64,000 nt of DNA, from the NCBI GenBank assembly GCA_965261595.1, contig CBDHDG010000005.1, forward strand, positions 608,001-672,000, written 5' to 3'. Every line of letters starts with the position of its first letter. The stretch's first letter is position 1. Made by a program: the position numbers and the translations under genes. The notes beneath the pieces were generated by a model. The model saw only the letters and a list, made by a program, of their open reading frames with translations. It did not search any database and was not told the DNA's origin. Shown piece by piece: positions 40,079-50,660 of the stretch. Origin of the DNA: a bacterium (GTDB lineage Bacteria; UBA8248; JACPRG01; G963555815).

Positions 40079-41632
40079 ATGAAAGCGTTGAAGAGCTATG
40101 CGTACGGCGAATGGGTCGAAGGCGCGGGCGAAGGCCGGTCCGTTCACAACGCGGTGACCGGGGCGGAGATCGCCTCGGTCGACAGCGTCGGCCTGGATTT
40201 CAGGCGGATGCTGGACCACGCGCGGGAGGCGGGCGGTCCCGCCCTGCGAGGGCTGACGTTTCCCCGGCGGGGGGAGCTGCTCCGGAGCGCCGCCGGGGTC
40301 ATCCAAGAGAACCTCCCGGAGCTATATGAAATCGCCTACACCTACGGGGCCACGAAGGCCGACGCCTGGATGGACATCGAGGGCGGGCTGGGGACCCTCC
40401 TGGTTTTTTCGGGTTTGGGGCGAAAACAGATGCCCGACTCCACCTTCCTGGTTGACGGCGAGATCGAGGGCCTGTCGAAGGAAGGGACGTTCGTGGGCCG
40501 CCACGTCCGGGTTTCGCCGGAAGGGGCGGCGGTTCAGATCAACGCCTTCAACTTTCCCGCGTGGAACATGCTGGAGAAGCTGGCGCCCGCCCTGTTGGCC
40601 GGCCTGCCGTCCATCGTCAAGCCCGCCACCCCGACCTGTCCGCTGGCCCACCGCATCGTCGAGCTTCTGGTGGAATCGGCCGTCCTGCCCGAGGGCGGTC
40701 TTCAGATGATCTGCGGCGGCGTCGGGGACCTCCTGGATCACCTCACTTGCCAGGACGTTGTTTGTTTCACGGGGTCCGCCAATACGGCGGAGGTGATCCG
40801 GAGCCACCCCAACGTCATCCGGAATTCCGTCCGCGTCAACATCGAAGCCGATTCCTTGAACTGCGCGATTCTCGGGCCGGATTGCGAAGCGGGCGCCGCC
40901 GTCTTCGACCTGTTCGTCAAAGAGGTCGCGCACGAGATGACCCAAAAGGCGGGGCAGAAGTGCACGGCGATCCGCCGGGTGATTGTCCCCGAGAGCCTGG
41001 AGGCTTCCGTCATCGACGCCCTGCGGGGCCGTCTGGCGAAGACTGTCATCGGCGACCCATCGGCCGAGGGGGTCCGGATGGGGCCCCTCGTCAGCCGGGC
41101 GCAGGTGGACGCGGCCCGCGCGGGCTTGGCGGAGCTGGCGAAAGAGGCCGAGATTGTCTTCGGCGATCCGGAGGGGTTCGAGGTCACCGGGGCCGACAAG
41201 GACAAAGGCGCGTTCTTTCCCCCGGTCCTTCTCCGCTGCAAGGACCCGGCGGCGGCCGACGCGGTCCACCGGGTCGAGGTCTTCGGTCCGGTCGCGACGG
41301 TCATGGGTTACGGCGACGCCGGAGGTGCCGTCCGTCTGGCCCGCAAGGGCGGAGGCAGCCTGGCGGCCTCGGTTTTCAGCGAAGACAAGGGTTTCGTCCG
41401 GGAGGTCGCGTTCGGGATGGCACCCTATCACGGCCGGCTGCTGGTGATGAACGAGGCGGCGTCGAAAGAGTCCACCCGTCACGGAACGGTCATGCCCCAG
41501 ATGGTCCACGGCGGCCCGGGCCGCGCCGGCGGCGGCGAGGAATTGGGAGGGCTGCGGAGCGTCCATCGCTTCATGCTCCGCGTGGCGCTCCAGGGAAGCC
41601 CGGAGAGGCTCGAAGCCCTCTGTACGGGATAA
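40079..41632 (+). CDS. 3,4-dehydroadipyl-CoA semialdehyde dehydrogenase (BoxD / PaaZ ALDH-domain type)
   Basis: INAFNFP, EADSLN, GQKCTAIRR, HGGPGRAGGGEELGG; no MaoC domain. Confidence 0.88.
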   Translation: MKALKSYAYGEWVEGAGEGRSVHNAVTGAEIASVDSVGLDFRRMLDHAREAGGPALRGLTFPRRGELLRSAAGVIQENLPELYEIAYTYGATKADAWMDIEGGLGTLLVFSGLGRKQMPDSTFLVDGEIEGLSKEGTFVGRHVRVSPEGAAVQINAFNFPAWNMLEKLAPALLAGLPSIVKPATPTCPLAHRIVELLVESAVLPEGGLQMICGGVGDLLDHLTCQDVVCFTGSANTAEVIRSHPNVIRNSVRVNIEADSLNCAILGPDCEAGAAVFDLFVKEVAHEMTQKAGQKCTAIRRVIVPESLEASVIDALRGRLAKTVIGDPSAEGVRMGPLVSRAQVDAARAGLAELAKEAEIVFGDPEGFEVTGADKDKGAFFPPVLLRCKDPAAADAVHRVEVFGPVATVMGYGDAGGAVRLARKGGGSLAASVFSEDKGFVREVAFGMAPYHGRLLVMNEAASKESTRHGTVMPQMVHGGPGRAGGGEELGGLRSVHRFMLRVALQGSPERLEALCTG

Positions 41633-41647
41633 ACCGGGAATTCGCCC

Positions 41648-41845
41648 TTATCGCCTCGGGTCCTTTGGGGCGATCAGCTCGAGGTAGCGCGTCTCCAGCG
41701 CCTCGGCCTGCTCCACCAGCCCTTGGAGCCGCTCGCGGTCTTCGGGCGTTTTGGAAAAGTCTTCTTTGTACAACTGAAGCAGCGCGGTCAGGCTTTTGAG
41801 CTGGGCCTGAACGGCCGCCTGGGCGATGTCTCTGCGTTTACTCAT
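41648..41845 (-). CDS. Small helical hypothetical protein
   Basis: GGGAG RBS, amphipathic helices, fills intergenic gap. Confidence 0.6.
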   Translation of the reverse strand: MSKRRDIAQAAVQAQLKSLTALLQLYKEDFSKTPEDRERLQGLVEQAEALETRYLELIAPKDPRR

Positions 41846-42188
41846 CGTTTACTCCCGCTACCGCACCCGTTTACCCTGACCAGCCCGATCCATCATAAAC
41901 CGGGATTGTAAAAATCACATTCATTTCGAGACCCAAGATTCCGGGGAAGGGTTGAGAGGACTCCGAACGCAAAGCATGGGTCGTGGCGTCTACTTCGAAA
42001 TAGGCGTAGCTTTGATAAGATCATCGGAGAATTTCTCGAAGACCGAAGGCGCCGCGGTTCAGATTGGGCAAGCGGACGACAATTTTCCGGGACGCCAAAA
42101 GGAACGGTGTTTACTATATTTTGGATTCAAAGAGTGTCCGAAGGCGTCCTTCCGAAACGAGGGGGGAGGGGGGGCGGGGAGTTTGTCA

Positions 42189-44765
42189 ATGAGATCTGAA
42201 GAGGTGAAAGCCGAAACCGTCAAGGACCCGGTTTGCGGGATGGACGTGGACCCGAAGACGGCCGTCCACAAGCATGAGCACGAGGGTGAGACGTATTATT
42301 TCTGCTGCGAGGGCTGCCTGACGAAGTTCAAGTCGGACCCGGCCGCGCACCTGAATCCCCCCGCGAAGGACCCGGTTTGCGGGATGGACGTGGACCCGAA
42401 GACGGCCGTCCACAAGCATGAGCACGAAGGTGAGACGTATTATTTCTGCTGCGAGGGCTGCCTGACGAAGTTCAAGTCGGACCCCGAAACGCACCTGACG
42501 CCCTCCGGCGCCGCGCAGCCTCCGCCGGCGGATGCGAGCGGGTTCTATATCTGCCCGATGTGCCCCGAGGTCCGGCAGGAAGGGCCGGGGGCCTGCCCCT
42601 CGTGCGGGATGGCCCTCGATCCGGAGACCGTGACGGTCCCGGCCACCAAGACCGAGTACGTCTGCCCCATGCATCCGGAAGTCGTTCAGGATGACCCGGG
42701 CGCGTGCCCCGTCTGCGGGATGGCCCTGGAAGCGAGGACGGTGACCCTCGAAGAGGAGGCGAACCCCGAGCTGGTCTACATGACCCGCCGGTTCTGGGTG
42801 AGCCTCGCCCTTTCCGTCCCGGTCCTTTTCCTGGCCATGTCGGACCTCATCCCCGGACAGCCGGTTCAGAAGGTGATTTCCCCGCGTCTCTCCACGTGGA
42901 TCCAGTTCGTTTTGTCCACGCCGGTCGTCCTCTGGGCGGGTTGGTTTTTCTTCGAGCGGGGCTGGACGTCCATCGTCAACCGAAGCCTGAACATGTTCAC
43001 CCTCGTCGGCGTCGGCGTCGGCACGGCTTACGTCTACAGCGTCGTCGCCGCGCTGATCCCGGGCGCGTTCCCGGAGGCCTTCCGGGGCGAGGACGGCGGC
43101 GTGGCCGTTTACTTCGAGGCGTCGGCGGTCATCACGATGCTGGTGATCCTGGGGCAGGTTCTCGAAGTTCGCGCGCGGAGCCGGACGAGCAGCGCCATCC
43201 GGGCCCTTCTCGGCCTCGCGCCCAACAAGGCCCGGCTCGTCCGCGAGGACGGAGAGGAAGAAGACGTCCCCCTGGACCAAGTCCGGCCGGGCGACCGGCT
43301 CCGGGTTCGGCCGGGCGAGAAGGTCCCTGTGGACGGCGTGGTCGTCGAGGGGACGAGCTCGGTGGATGAATCGATGGTGACCGGGGAGCCGATCCCCGTG
43401 GAGAAGGGGCCGGAGAGTCTCGTCACCGGCGGAACGGTGAACGGGACGGGCGGCTTCGTCATGCGGGCCGAGCGGGTGGGGGGCGAGACCCTCCTCGCGC
43501 GGATCGTCCAGATGGTCAGCGAGGCGCAACGCAGCCGCGCCCCTATTCAGCGGCTGGCGGACGTGGTGGCCTCCTATTTCGTCCCGGCGGTCGTCCTGCT
43601 CGCCGTCGTGACGTTCATCGTCTGGGCCCTCTTCGGCCCGGCGCCCCGGCTGGCCTTCGCCCTGGTGAACGCTGTGGCGGTCCTCATCATCGCCTGTCCG
43701 TGCGCCCTGGGGCTGGCGACGCCCATGTCCATCATGGTGGGGATGGGCCGGGGGGCCATGACGGGCGTCCTGATCAAGAACGCCGAGGCCCTGGAGGTGT
43801 TGGAGAAGGTGGACACCCTCGTCGTGGACAAGACGGGGACCCTCACAGAAGGGCGGCCCCGGCTGGTGTCTTTGGAGGCCCTCCCCGGTTTCGAGGAGGC
43901 GGAGGTTCTCGGTCTGGCGGCGAGTCTGGAGCGAGCGAGCGAGCACCCCCTGGCCGAGGCGATTGTGGCGGGCGCGCGGGAAAAGGGCCTCGCCCTGTCC
44001 GATGTCGATGGGTTCCGGTCCCTGACGGGAAGAGGTGTCCTCGGCCGGATCGGCGGACGGGAGGTCGTCCTCGGGAACCAGAAGTTGTTCACCGAGCGGG
44101 ATATCCCGACCGGCGACCTCATCGAGCGGGCGGATGCCCTGCGAAGGGAGGGCCAGACCGTCATGTTCGCGGCCCTGGACGGCCGGGCGGCGGGGCTTGT
44201 GGGCGTGGCCGATCCCATCAAGGCGTCCACCCCCGAGGCGATCGAGATGCTTCACCGCGAGGGGGTCCGCCTCGTCATGCTCACCGGGGACAACCGCACA
44301 ACCGCCGAGGCCGTTGCGCGCAGGCTGAATATCGACGAGGTGGAGGCCGAGGTGCTGCCCGAGGAGAAGGGCGAGACGGTCAAGCGCCTTCAGGCGGAGG
44401 GCCGGGTGGTGGCCATGGCCGGAGACGGCGTCAACGACGCCCCGGCGCTGGCCCTGGCCCAGGTGGGGATCGCCATGGGGACGGGGAGCGACGTGGCCAT
44501 GGAGAGCGCCGGCGTGACACTGGTCCGGGGGGACCTTCGCGGCATCGCCAAGGCCCGCGGGCTCAGCCGGGCGACGATGCGCAACATCCGGCAGAACCTC
44601 TTCTTCGCGTTCGTCTATAACTGCCTGGGCGTGCCGCTGGCGGCGGGCGTTCTCTACCCGGTCTTCGGCCTTTTGCTCAGTCCCATGATCGCCAGCGCCG
44701 CCATGACCTTTTCATCGATCTCGGTGATCACCAACGCCTTGAGGCTGCGCAAGATGGAGGTGTGA
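42189..44765 (+). CDS. copA: Cu(I)/Ag(I) P1B-type ATPase with 2 YHS and 2 YxCPM heavy-metal-binding domains
   Basis: CPC, DKTGT, TGEP, SEHPL, GDGVND, YN..P, M.FSS. Confidence 0.93.
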   Translation: MRSEEVKAETVKDPVCGMDVDPKTAVHKHEHEGETYYFCCEGCLTKFKSDPAAHLNPPAKDPVCGMDVDPKTAVHKHEHEGETYYFCCEGCLTKFKSDPETHLTPSGAAQPPPADASGFYICPMCPEVRQEGPGACPSCGMALDPETVTVPATKTEYVCPMHPEVVQDDPGACPVCGMALEARTVTLEEEANPELVYMTRRFWVSLALSVPVLFLAMSDLIPGQPVQKVISPRLSTWIQFVLSTPVVLWAGWFFFERGWTSIVNRSLNMFTLVGVGVGTAYVYSVVAALIPGAFPEAFRGEDGGVAVYFEASAVITMLVILGQVLEVRARSRTSSAIRALLGLAPNKARLVREDGEEEDVPLDQVRPGDRLRVRPGEKVPVDGVVVEGTSSVDESMVTGEPIPVEKGPESLVTGGTVNGTGGFVMRAERVGGETLLARIVQMVSEAQRSRAPIQRLADVVASYFVPAVVLLAVVTFIVWALFGPAPRLAFALVNAVAVLIIACPCALGLATPMSIMVGMGRGAMTGVLIKNAEALEVLEKVDTLVVDKTGTLTEGRPRLVSLEALPGFEEAEVLGLAASLERASEHPLAEAIVAGAREKGLALSDVDGFRSLTGRGVLGRIGGREVVLGNQKLFTERDIPTGDLIERADALRREGQTVMFAALDGRAAGLVGVADPIKASTPEAIEMLHREGVRLVMLTGDNRTTAEAVARRLNIDEVEAEVLPEEKGETVKRLQAEGRVVAMAGDGVNDAPALALAQVGIAMGTGSDVAMESAGVTLVRGDLRGIAKARGLSRATMRNIRQNLFFAFVYNCLGVPLAAGVLYPVFGLLLSPMIASAAMTFSSISVITNALRLRKMEV
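42222..42484 (+). repeat. Intragenic 119-bp direct duplication encoding the YHS domain
   Basis: 42222..42340 vs 42366..42484; one synonymous difference (GAG/GAA). Confidence 0.95.
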
Positions 44766-44861
44766 CGCGCGCTGGAGGAGGGGGGGGGCGGACCTCTCCG
44801 GCATCGTGTCTTCCGGTTCCCGGCCCTTGGCTTTCGGGATTTAACACGTTCAAATGTTCAC

Positions 44862-44891
44862 TTGACCTGAGCGCCTTCCTTTCTTTACACT
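44862..44891 (+). promoter_or_regulatory. Putative sigma70 promoter for the Rieske/ABC operon
   Basis: TTGACC-18 nt-TACACT. Confidence 0.45.
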
Positions 44892-45117
44892 GGCCGCATT
44901 GACAGCGGCAACAAGGGCCTCGAGACGAGGCTGCACGATTCGGGTGCGCATATCGGCGCGGTCTTCATCCGCATGGCGGCCCGGGAGGGAGGAGAGGCTG
45001 AATTGTATCTTGTTCACTCCGGGTCTGAGATTTTCACTATCCGTTCCGGAAGAGGACCGCGCAACGGTCAGCGGGCATCGAGCCTCCTAAATTCGACCTG
45101 AGAAGAGGAGACATTCA

Positions 45118-46197
45118 GTGCACGAAGGAGACCTTTGGCCCGCGTTGCGCGAACATTGGCACGCGGTCGCCATTTCCGACGACCTGGGGGAGAAGCCCGT
45201 GAGCGTCCGCCTCCTGGACGAGCGCGTGGCCCTGTGCCGGCTGGGGGGCCGGGTCCGGGCCTTTCAAGACCTCTGTGTTCATCGCGGAACCCCCCTCTCG
45301 CTCGGCTGGGTGGACGGGGAGGAGCTTGTCTGCGCCTATCACGGCTGGTCTTACGCCGCCGATGGAAAATGCACCCGAATTCCCTCGGTTCCGCTGGGGC
45401 ATCCCATCCCCAAGAGGGCGTGTCTCACCCGTTACCTGGCCGAGGAGCGGCACAGCCTGATTTGGGTCTGCCTGTCCGAAAGCCCCCGGGCGCCCATCCC
45501 GGATGCGCCGGAGCTCGGCGAGCCCGGCTACCACGTCTTCTTCAAGCAGAAACACTATTGGAAGTGCACTGCCGCGCGCGCCATCGAGAACTTTGTCGAC
45601 CTGGGCCACTTCCCGTGGGTGCACGAGGGGATTCTGGGCGAGCGCGACCGTCCGCTGACACCGGACATGAAGGTGGAGCGGGATGGGGAGTCGCTGCGGT
45701 TCGGTTACCAGAACATCTCCGACGGGCTCCACGGGGCGGCGCACAAGCGCCTTTATCGCCTGACCCGGCCGTTCACCATTTATCAGTGGAAGGTGGAGGG
45801 GGAGGGGAGAGCGGAGGTTTATCTCTTCTCGGTGACGCCCCACTCGGCCAGGGATTGCACCCGGTTCTTGATCATCGCGCGAAACTATGACCTCGACGCG
45901 CCGGAAGTCGTCCAGGGTCCGGTGAGGGCCGAGAACGGCGAGTACTGGCTCGGGGACGGGTCGTCGGCAAAAAGCGTCCGGGCGGGGGACGGTCTCCCGG
46001 AGTATGCGAACGCCTTGGACACCATCGCGCTTCAGGATCAACCGATCGTGGAGAACCAGAGGCCCGAGGAGCTTCCGCTGGACCTGGCCGAGGAGTTTCA
46101 CCTCAAAGGGCCGGATGCCGTCGCCATCGCCTACCGGCGGTTCATGGCGGAGTTGGGCGTGGACATCGACGCGAGGGAGCCCGGAAGAGTCGGGTAG
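45118..46197 (+). CDS. Rieske non-heme iron oxygenase alpha subunit (VanA/NdmA-like demethylase)
   Basis: CVHRG..CAYHGW, ENFVDLGHFPWVH, ENQRPEELPLDL; GAGGAG RBS. Confidence 0.9.
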   Translation: MHEGDLWPALREHWHAVAISDDLGEKPVSVRLLDERVALCRLGGRVRAFQDLCVHRGTPLSLGWVDGEELVCAYHGWSYAADGKCTRIPSVPLGHPIPKRACLTRYLAEERHSLIWVCLSESPRAPIPDAPELGEPGYHVFFKQKHYWKCTAARAIENFVDLGHFPWVHEGILGERDRPLTPDMKVERDGESLRFGYQNISDGLHGAAHKRLYRLTRPFTIYQWKVEGEGRAEVYLFSVTPHSARDCTRFLIIARNYDLDAPEVVQGPVRAENGEYWLGDGSSAKSVRAGDGLPEYANALDTIALQDQPIVENQRPEELPLDLAEEFHLKGPDAVAIAYRRFMAELGVDIDAREPGRVG

Positions 46198-46354
46198 GAA
46201 GCCTGGGAGCCCCGGTTCGGGCCCGAAGGCGGGACAGGGCCGGGTGGGGGGGATGCCTGTTGCAGAAGTCGAGGTGTCCTGGAGGAGTTGTGACGGTCGT
46301 CGGGTTCGGAATTGCGCCCGGTGCATCTCTGTCAACGGAAAAAGGGGGAAGAAC

Positions 46355-47416
46355 ATGAGCGGGCAACGGAATCTTCGGTGGTTGACGTCGTTTTTGAGCG
46401 TTTTGACGTTTCTGGTCTTCACTGCGGGAATCGTCGCGGCGGAGAAGGTCACGCTGGCCTTCGATTGGCTGACGTACGGGAAGATGGCGCCGTTTTACGT
46501 GGGGAATACGCAGGGCTTTTACAAGAAAGAGAATCTAAAGGTCAAGTTGGTCCGGGGATTCGGCTCCATCGACACGGCCAAGCGGGTCGGGGCCAAGCAG
46601 ATCGAGTTCGGTATGAGCACCCTCACCGACACCATCGAGATTCGCACCCGGGGGAGCAAGGTGAAGACCGTGTGGATCTATTTCCACGATACTCCGGGTG
46701 CCGTTATGTATATCAAGGGAAAGGGAATCAATACGCCGAAAGACCTTGAAGGCAGGACCATCGGTGGTCCCCTTGCCACGGATTCCTGGGTTCTGTTCCC
46801 ACTTTTCGCCAAGGCCCAGGGAATCGATATGTCCAAGATAAAGCACATCAACATGGGTGGCGCGCAGGTGTACGGCGCACTCGCCGGGGGTATTAGTGAC
46901 GCCATCCATACCTGGGTCACCTCCCGTCCAGGCGTGCTGAGGGTTCTCAAGCAAAAGGGTCTGGGCGCGAAGGATCTGGGGATGTTCAAATACGTCAGTG
47001 GGGGTGTGAGCCTCTATTCTCAGGATGTTGTGGTCCATGAGGATACAATCAAGAACAATCCCGGCCTGGTAAGACGGATGGTGCGGGCGCTCAGCCGCTC
47101 CAAGATCTCGTCCATCGAGAATCCTGAAGGGGCGCTTGAGGCCTTCTGGAAAGATAAACCAGCCCTCAAGGCCACCTCCGAGGCGGCGAACCGGGATGAG
47201 CTCAGGATGAGTATGGGCCTGTTTAAAGACAAGCTGGTTGAAAAATATGGCCAGGGCTTCCCTGTTCGGTCGAAGGTTATCTCGACCCAGGCGGCGTTTG
47301 TCGCGGCCAAGGGCCTCCCGAAGGAGCCCGTGGACAATATTTATACCGACCAGTTCGTCAAGGGCTTGTCCCGGGCGGACAAGTTCCCGAAGCGTTGGGG
47401 GAAGTTTAAGGACTAG
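46355..47416 (+). CDS. NMT1/THI5-like ABC substrate-binding protein
   Basis: Signal peptide, FDW, GFYKKENL, RGFGS, PKDLEG. Confidence 0.87.
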   Translation: MSGQRNLRWLTSFLSVLTFLVFTAGIVAAEKVTLAFDWLTYGKMAPFYVGNTQGFYKKENLKVKLVRGFGSIDTAKRVGAKQIEFGMSTLTDTIEIRTRGSKVKTVWIYFHDTPGAVMYIKGKGINTPKDLEGRTIGGPLATDSWVLFPLFAKAQGIDMSKIKHINMGGAQVYGALAGGISDAIHTWVTSRPGVLRVLKQKGLGAKDLGMFKYVSGGVSLYSQDVVVHEDTIKNNPGLVRRMVRALSRSKISSIENPEGALEAFWKDKPALKATSEAANRDELRMSMGLFKDKLVEKYGQGFPVRSKVISTQAAFVAAKGLPKEPVDNIYTDQFVKGLSRADKFPKRWGKFKD

Positions 47417-47517
47417 TGTCGGTCCGCAGGGAATTTTTTCGTGTGAGCCCCGGCTCCCCGGGGACAGTTCTCGGGGGGCCGGGTTCCCGCACTTGTTGAG
47501 GGGGGGTGCGCCCGCCG

Positions 47518-48300
47518 ATGCTCAGCAGAAAGATTGTCCTGCCGATCCTGCTGTCCGTTGTGGTCATCGGGCTCTGGGAGGGGATTGTCCGGCTCGGCGG
47601 TGTGCCCGAATTTATCTTCCCCGCCCCAAGCAAGATCGCAAAGTTTTACATTCAGTTTGGTTACACCCTCATGTGGGATGCGTGGGCCACAGTCATGGAG
47701 ACTTTGCTGGGCTTCGTGATGGCGGCCGTTCTGGGCGTTCTCTTCGCGGTCATTCTGGTTTATTCTCCCTTCATTCATGATGCCTTCTATCCGCCACTGG
47801 TCGTTCTTCAGGTGACGCCGAAGATCGCCATCGCCCCCCTCCTACTTCTCTGGTTCGGGTATGGGTTGGTCCCCAAGATCGTGATCGGTTTCTTTATCTC
47901 CTTTTTTCCCATCGTGGTGACGACGATGCATGGGCTGACCTCGGTCGAGCCCGAGATGTTGGATCTGCTTCATTCTCTGCGGGCCAGCAAGAAGAAGATC
48001 TTTTGGAAGGCACGGCTCCCGCACGCCTTGCCCTACATCTTTAGTGGGTTTCAGATCGCCGTCACCCTGTCCCTGATCGGGGCCATCGTGGCGGAGTTTG
48101 TCGGGGCGGAGCTGGGGCTGGGGTTCAAGATCGTGTACTCCCAGTATTCGGCCAACACACCAATGCTTTTCGCGGCCCTGGGCCTGCTGGCCGTCATCGG
48201 GCTGATCCTGTTTTACCTGATGCTGTTCATCGAGCGTCTCGCGACGCCGTGGCGAGCTTTGAAGAAGGAAAAAGAGTTCCAAATCAAAGGTTTTCTGTAA
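47518..48300 (+). CDS. NitT/TauT ABC transporter permease
   Basis: PKIAIAP, GAIVAEF. Confidence 0.9.
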   Translation: MLSRKIVLPILLSVVVIGLWEGIVRLGGVPEFIFPAPSKIAKFYIQFGYTLMWDAWATVMETLLGFVMAAVLGVLFAVILVYSPFIHDAFYPPLVVLQVTPKIAIAPLLLLWFGYGLVPKIVIGFFISFFPIVVTTMHGLTSVEPEMLDLLHSLRASKKKIFWKARLPHALPYIFSGFQIAVTLSLIGAIVAEFVGAELGLGFKIVYSQYSANTPMLFAALGLLAVIGLILFYLMLFIERLATPWRALKKEKEFQIKGFL

Positions 48301-48351
48301 AGGTCGATGCGGGGATTCCGCTCGTCTTTCTTTTTGGAGATGAATTCTGCT

Positions 48352-49170
48352 ATGGCCGGACCTGATGTCGTTGAGCTTGAAGCTGTTCAGATGCTTTACC
48401 AGTCCAAGGTAGCCAAGCGGGAGGCCGTCCTGGCGCTTGAGAACGCCTCCTTCACCGTTCGGGAGGGGGAATTTCTGGCGCTCGTCGGGCCCAGCGGGTG
48501 CGGGAAGAGCACCATCCTCAAGCTTGTCGCCGGACTGATGCCCCCGACCGAAGGGGTCGTCCGGGTCAACGGGACCCAAGTCCGCGGCCCGCAGCCGGAC
48601 TTGGGGATCGTCTTTCAGATGCCGGTCCTGATGGAGTGGCGGCGGGTCCTGGACAACATTCTGCTCCCCATCGAGGTGTTGGAGGAGGTCGGCGACGACG
48701 ACTACAGGAAGCGGGCGCGGGAGCTGGTGAGCCTTGTGGGGCTCGACGGGTTCGAGGACCGGTATCCGTTCGAGCTCTCAGGCGGGATGCAGCAACGCGT
48801 CTCCATCTGCCGGGCCCTCATCCACGATCCCCCCGGCCTCATCATGGACGAGCCGTTCAGCGCGCTGGACGAGATGACCCGCGACGCGATGAACGTGGAG
48901 CTTCAACGCATCTGGCTCGAGCGCCGCAAGACCATCCTCTATATCACCCACAGCATCGCCGAGTCGGTGTTTCTGGCGGACCGGGTGGCCGTCATGTCGG
49001 CCCGGCCCGGCCGTATCCTGGATATCATCGACATCCCATTCCCCCGCCCCCGAAGCCTCCGCGTCCGCGCCCTGCCGGAGTTCGTGGAGAAGGTGGAATC
49101 CATCCGCGAGCTCCTGGGGCTTTTGGGAGAGGAAGAAGGCGCCGGGAACCCCGGCCCCCAGGCCCCATAA
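48352..49170 (+). CDS. NitT/TauT ABC transporter ATPase
   Basis: [24 protein letters not shown]. Confidence 0.93.
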   Translation: MAGPDVVELEAVQMLYQSKVAKREAVLALENASFTVREGEFLALVGPSGCGKSTILKLVAGLMPPTEGVVRVNGTQVRGPQPDLGIVFQMPVLMEWRRVLDNILLPIEVLEEVGDDDYRKRARELVSLVGLDGFEDRYPFELSGGMQQRVSICRALIHDPPGLIMDEPFSALDEMTRDAMNVELQRIWLERRKTILYITHSIAESVFLADRVAVMSARPGRILDIIDIPFPRPRSLRVRALPEFVEKVESIRELLGLLGEEEGAGNPGPQAP

Positions 49171-49291
49171 GCGTTGTTCTGGAATTCGGGCGTCCGGCCC
49201 GGCGCGGTCAGGGGCACCGCCGGGCCAGGGTCAGGAAGTCCTGATAAGAATCGGGGCGCGCCGGTATCGCCTCACAGACCGAATTCCCCCG

Positions 49292-49876
49292 TCACGCCTG
49301 GGCCTTGCTCTCGTCGATCCAGTTCCGGAACCTTCTTGCCACCTCCCAGGGCTGATCCTTGTAGGGCGGGAAGCTCAGATCGGATTCCGGCCGGATCTTG
49401 AGCGTGAGGAAGGTGAGGGCTTTGCGCCCCAGGCCCGCTTCGAGCGCGGGGCGGAAGTTCTCCGCCCGCTCAATCGTCGCGCAGTGGGGGATCCCGGCGG
49501 CCCCGGCGAGGGCGGTGAAATCCGCCGTGCGTCCGGGAAGCGGCTGGTTGCCCGACGCCTCGTACACCCGGTTGTCGAACAGGAGGATCAGGAGATTGTC
49601 CAGCTCCAGATCGGCGACCGTGGCCAGGCAGCCCAGATTCATCAAAAGGCCCCCGTCCCCTTCCATCACGATGATCCGGCTTCGCGGCCGGGCCAGGGCC
49701 AGTCCGGCGGCGAGGGGAATGGCTTGCCCCATGGAATCGGCCAGGTGGAAATTGGAGGGCTTGGGACAAATCCGGTTCCAGCCGTGGGTGGCCATGCCCA
49801 GGCACGTCACCACAATCTCCTCCTGGACAACTGTCCCCAGGGTTTCGAGGTGGGTTTCCCGGCCCGGCAGGCTCAT
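49292..49876 (-). CDS. ThDP-dependent sulfopyruvate/phosphonopyruvate decarboxylase beta subunit-like (ComE)
   Basis: SMG, EGDGGLLMNLG...DN ThDP-binding motif. Confidence 0.85.
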   Translation of the reverse strand: MSLPGRETHLETLGTVVQEEIVVTCLGMATHGWNRICPKPSNFHLADSMGQAIPLAAGLALARPRSRIIVMEGDGGLLMNLGCLATVADLELDNLLILLFDNRVYEASGNQPLPGRTADFTALAGAAGIPHCATIERAENFRPALEAGLGRKALTFLTLKIRPESDLSFPPYKDQPWEVARRFRNWIDESKAQA

Positions 49877-50369
49877 CTCAGATGCTCCTTGTGCAGCAAC
49901 AGGACGAAGGCCCCCTGGGATTCCTGGGCGAAATGAAAACCCGTCTCCACCTGCTCGGACAGGCTTCTTCCCGACTCGGCCACGGCGTAGGGGATGTCGA
50001 GCGCCCGCAGGAAGGGCTCGGTCCGGAGACCCTTGGGGACGTGATAGAAGAGGGGATCCCGGGTGCTCCCCCGGTAGCTGACCAGGAGGAGAAGCGGCAG
50101 CCGGTTCATCTGGACAGGGTCAAGAGACCCGTGCCGCTGCTCAGGATGCCCGCGTTCTGGGCCAGGAGGACGGGGCGCTCTCCGCCGAGAACGAACCCGC
50201 TGCAAAGCGCCACCCCTTCTTCTTCCCGGCACACCGGGACGTGGCGGATTTCGCCGTCCCGGGAGAGCTCCTCCAGCAGCGGGCCGAGCCAGGTGTCCGG
50301 CAGCGACACCGTCAGGCGAATCCCGCACGCCTTGAGGCCCTTGATGATTTCCTGAATTCCCGATGCCAT
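49873..50369 (-). CDS. Sulfopyruvate decarboxylase alpha subunit-like (ComD) with 1-nt frameshift at ~50112
   Basis: SLPD, REEEGV, QNAG in one frame; PLLLLVSYRG in the next; overlaps the beta-subunit start. Confidence 0.8.
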
Positions 50370-50660
50370 ATTCCTTGCCGCCCCCGTTTTGCCCGGGATG
50401 GGATGGTCCGCACGCGGTCCGAGCGGAAACACAGTATAATGACACGCCGTCGCGATTGAAACCCATTCCTTGTCGTCCGACAACTCCCCCTCGGGGTCCC
50501 GCCTTGCATCGACAAGTCGGCGGACGCCGCCCAAGGAAAATCATGAGGGGACGGGCATGACCCTCGCCCGCCGGAGGGCGCTGTAGGCGGTTCCCGCGGA
50601 TTCGGCCGGGCGGCATCCGGACCGGGGCGTGATTCTCCCTCGCATGGAGACGATCTCTCG

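Noticed and set aside
44892..45117. Xanthine (NMT1-motif) or TPP riboswitch
   Set aside because: I could not locate the conserved aptamer cores by eye; kept only as an unexplained leader
50106..50108. TGA in the ComD-like gene as selenocysteine
   Set aside because: Homology continues in a different frame, not through the TGA, so this is a frameshift
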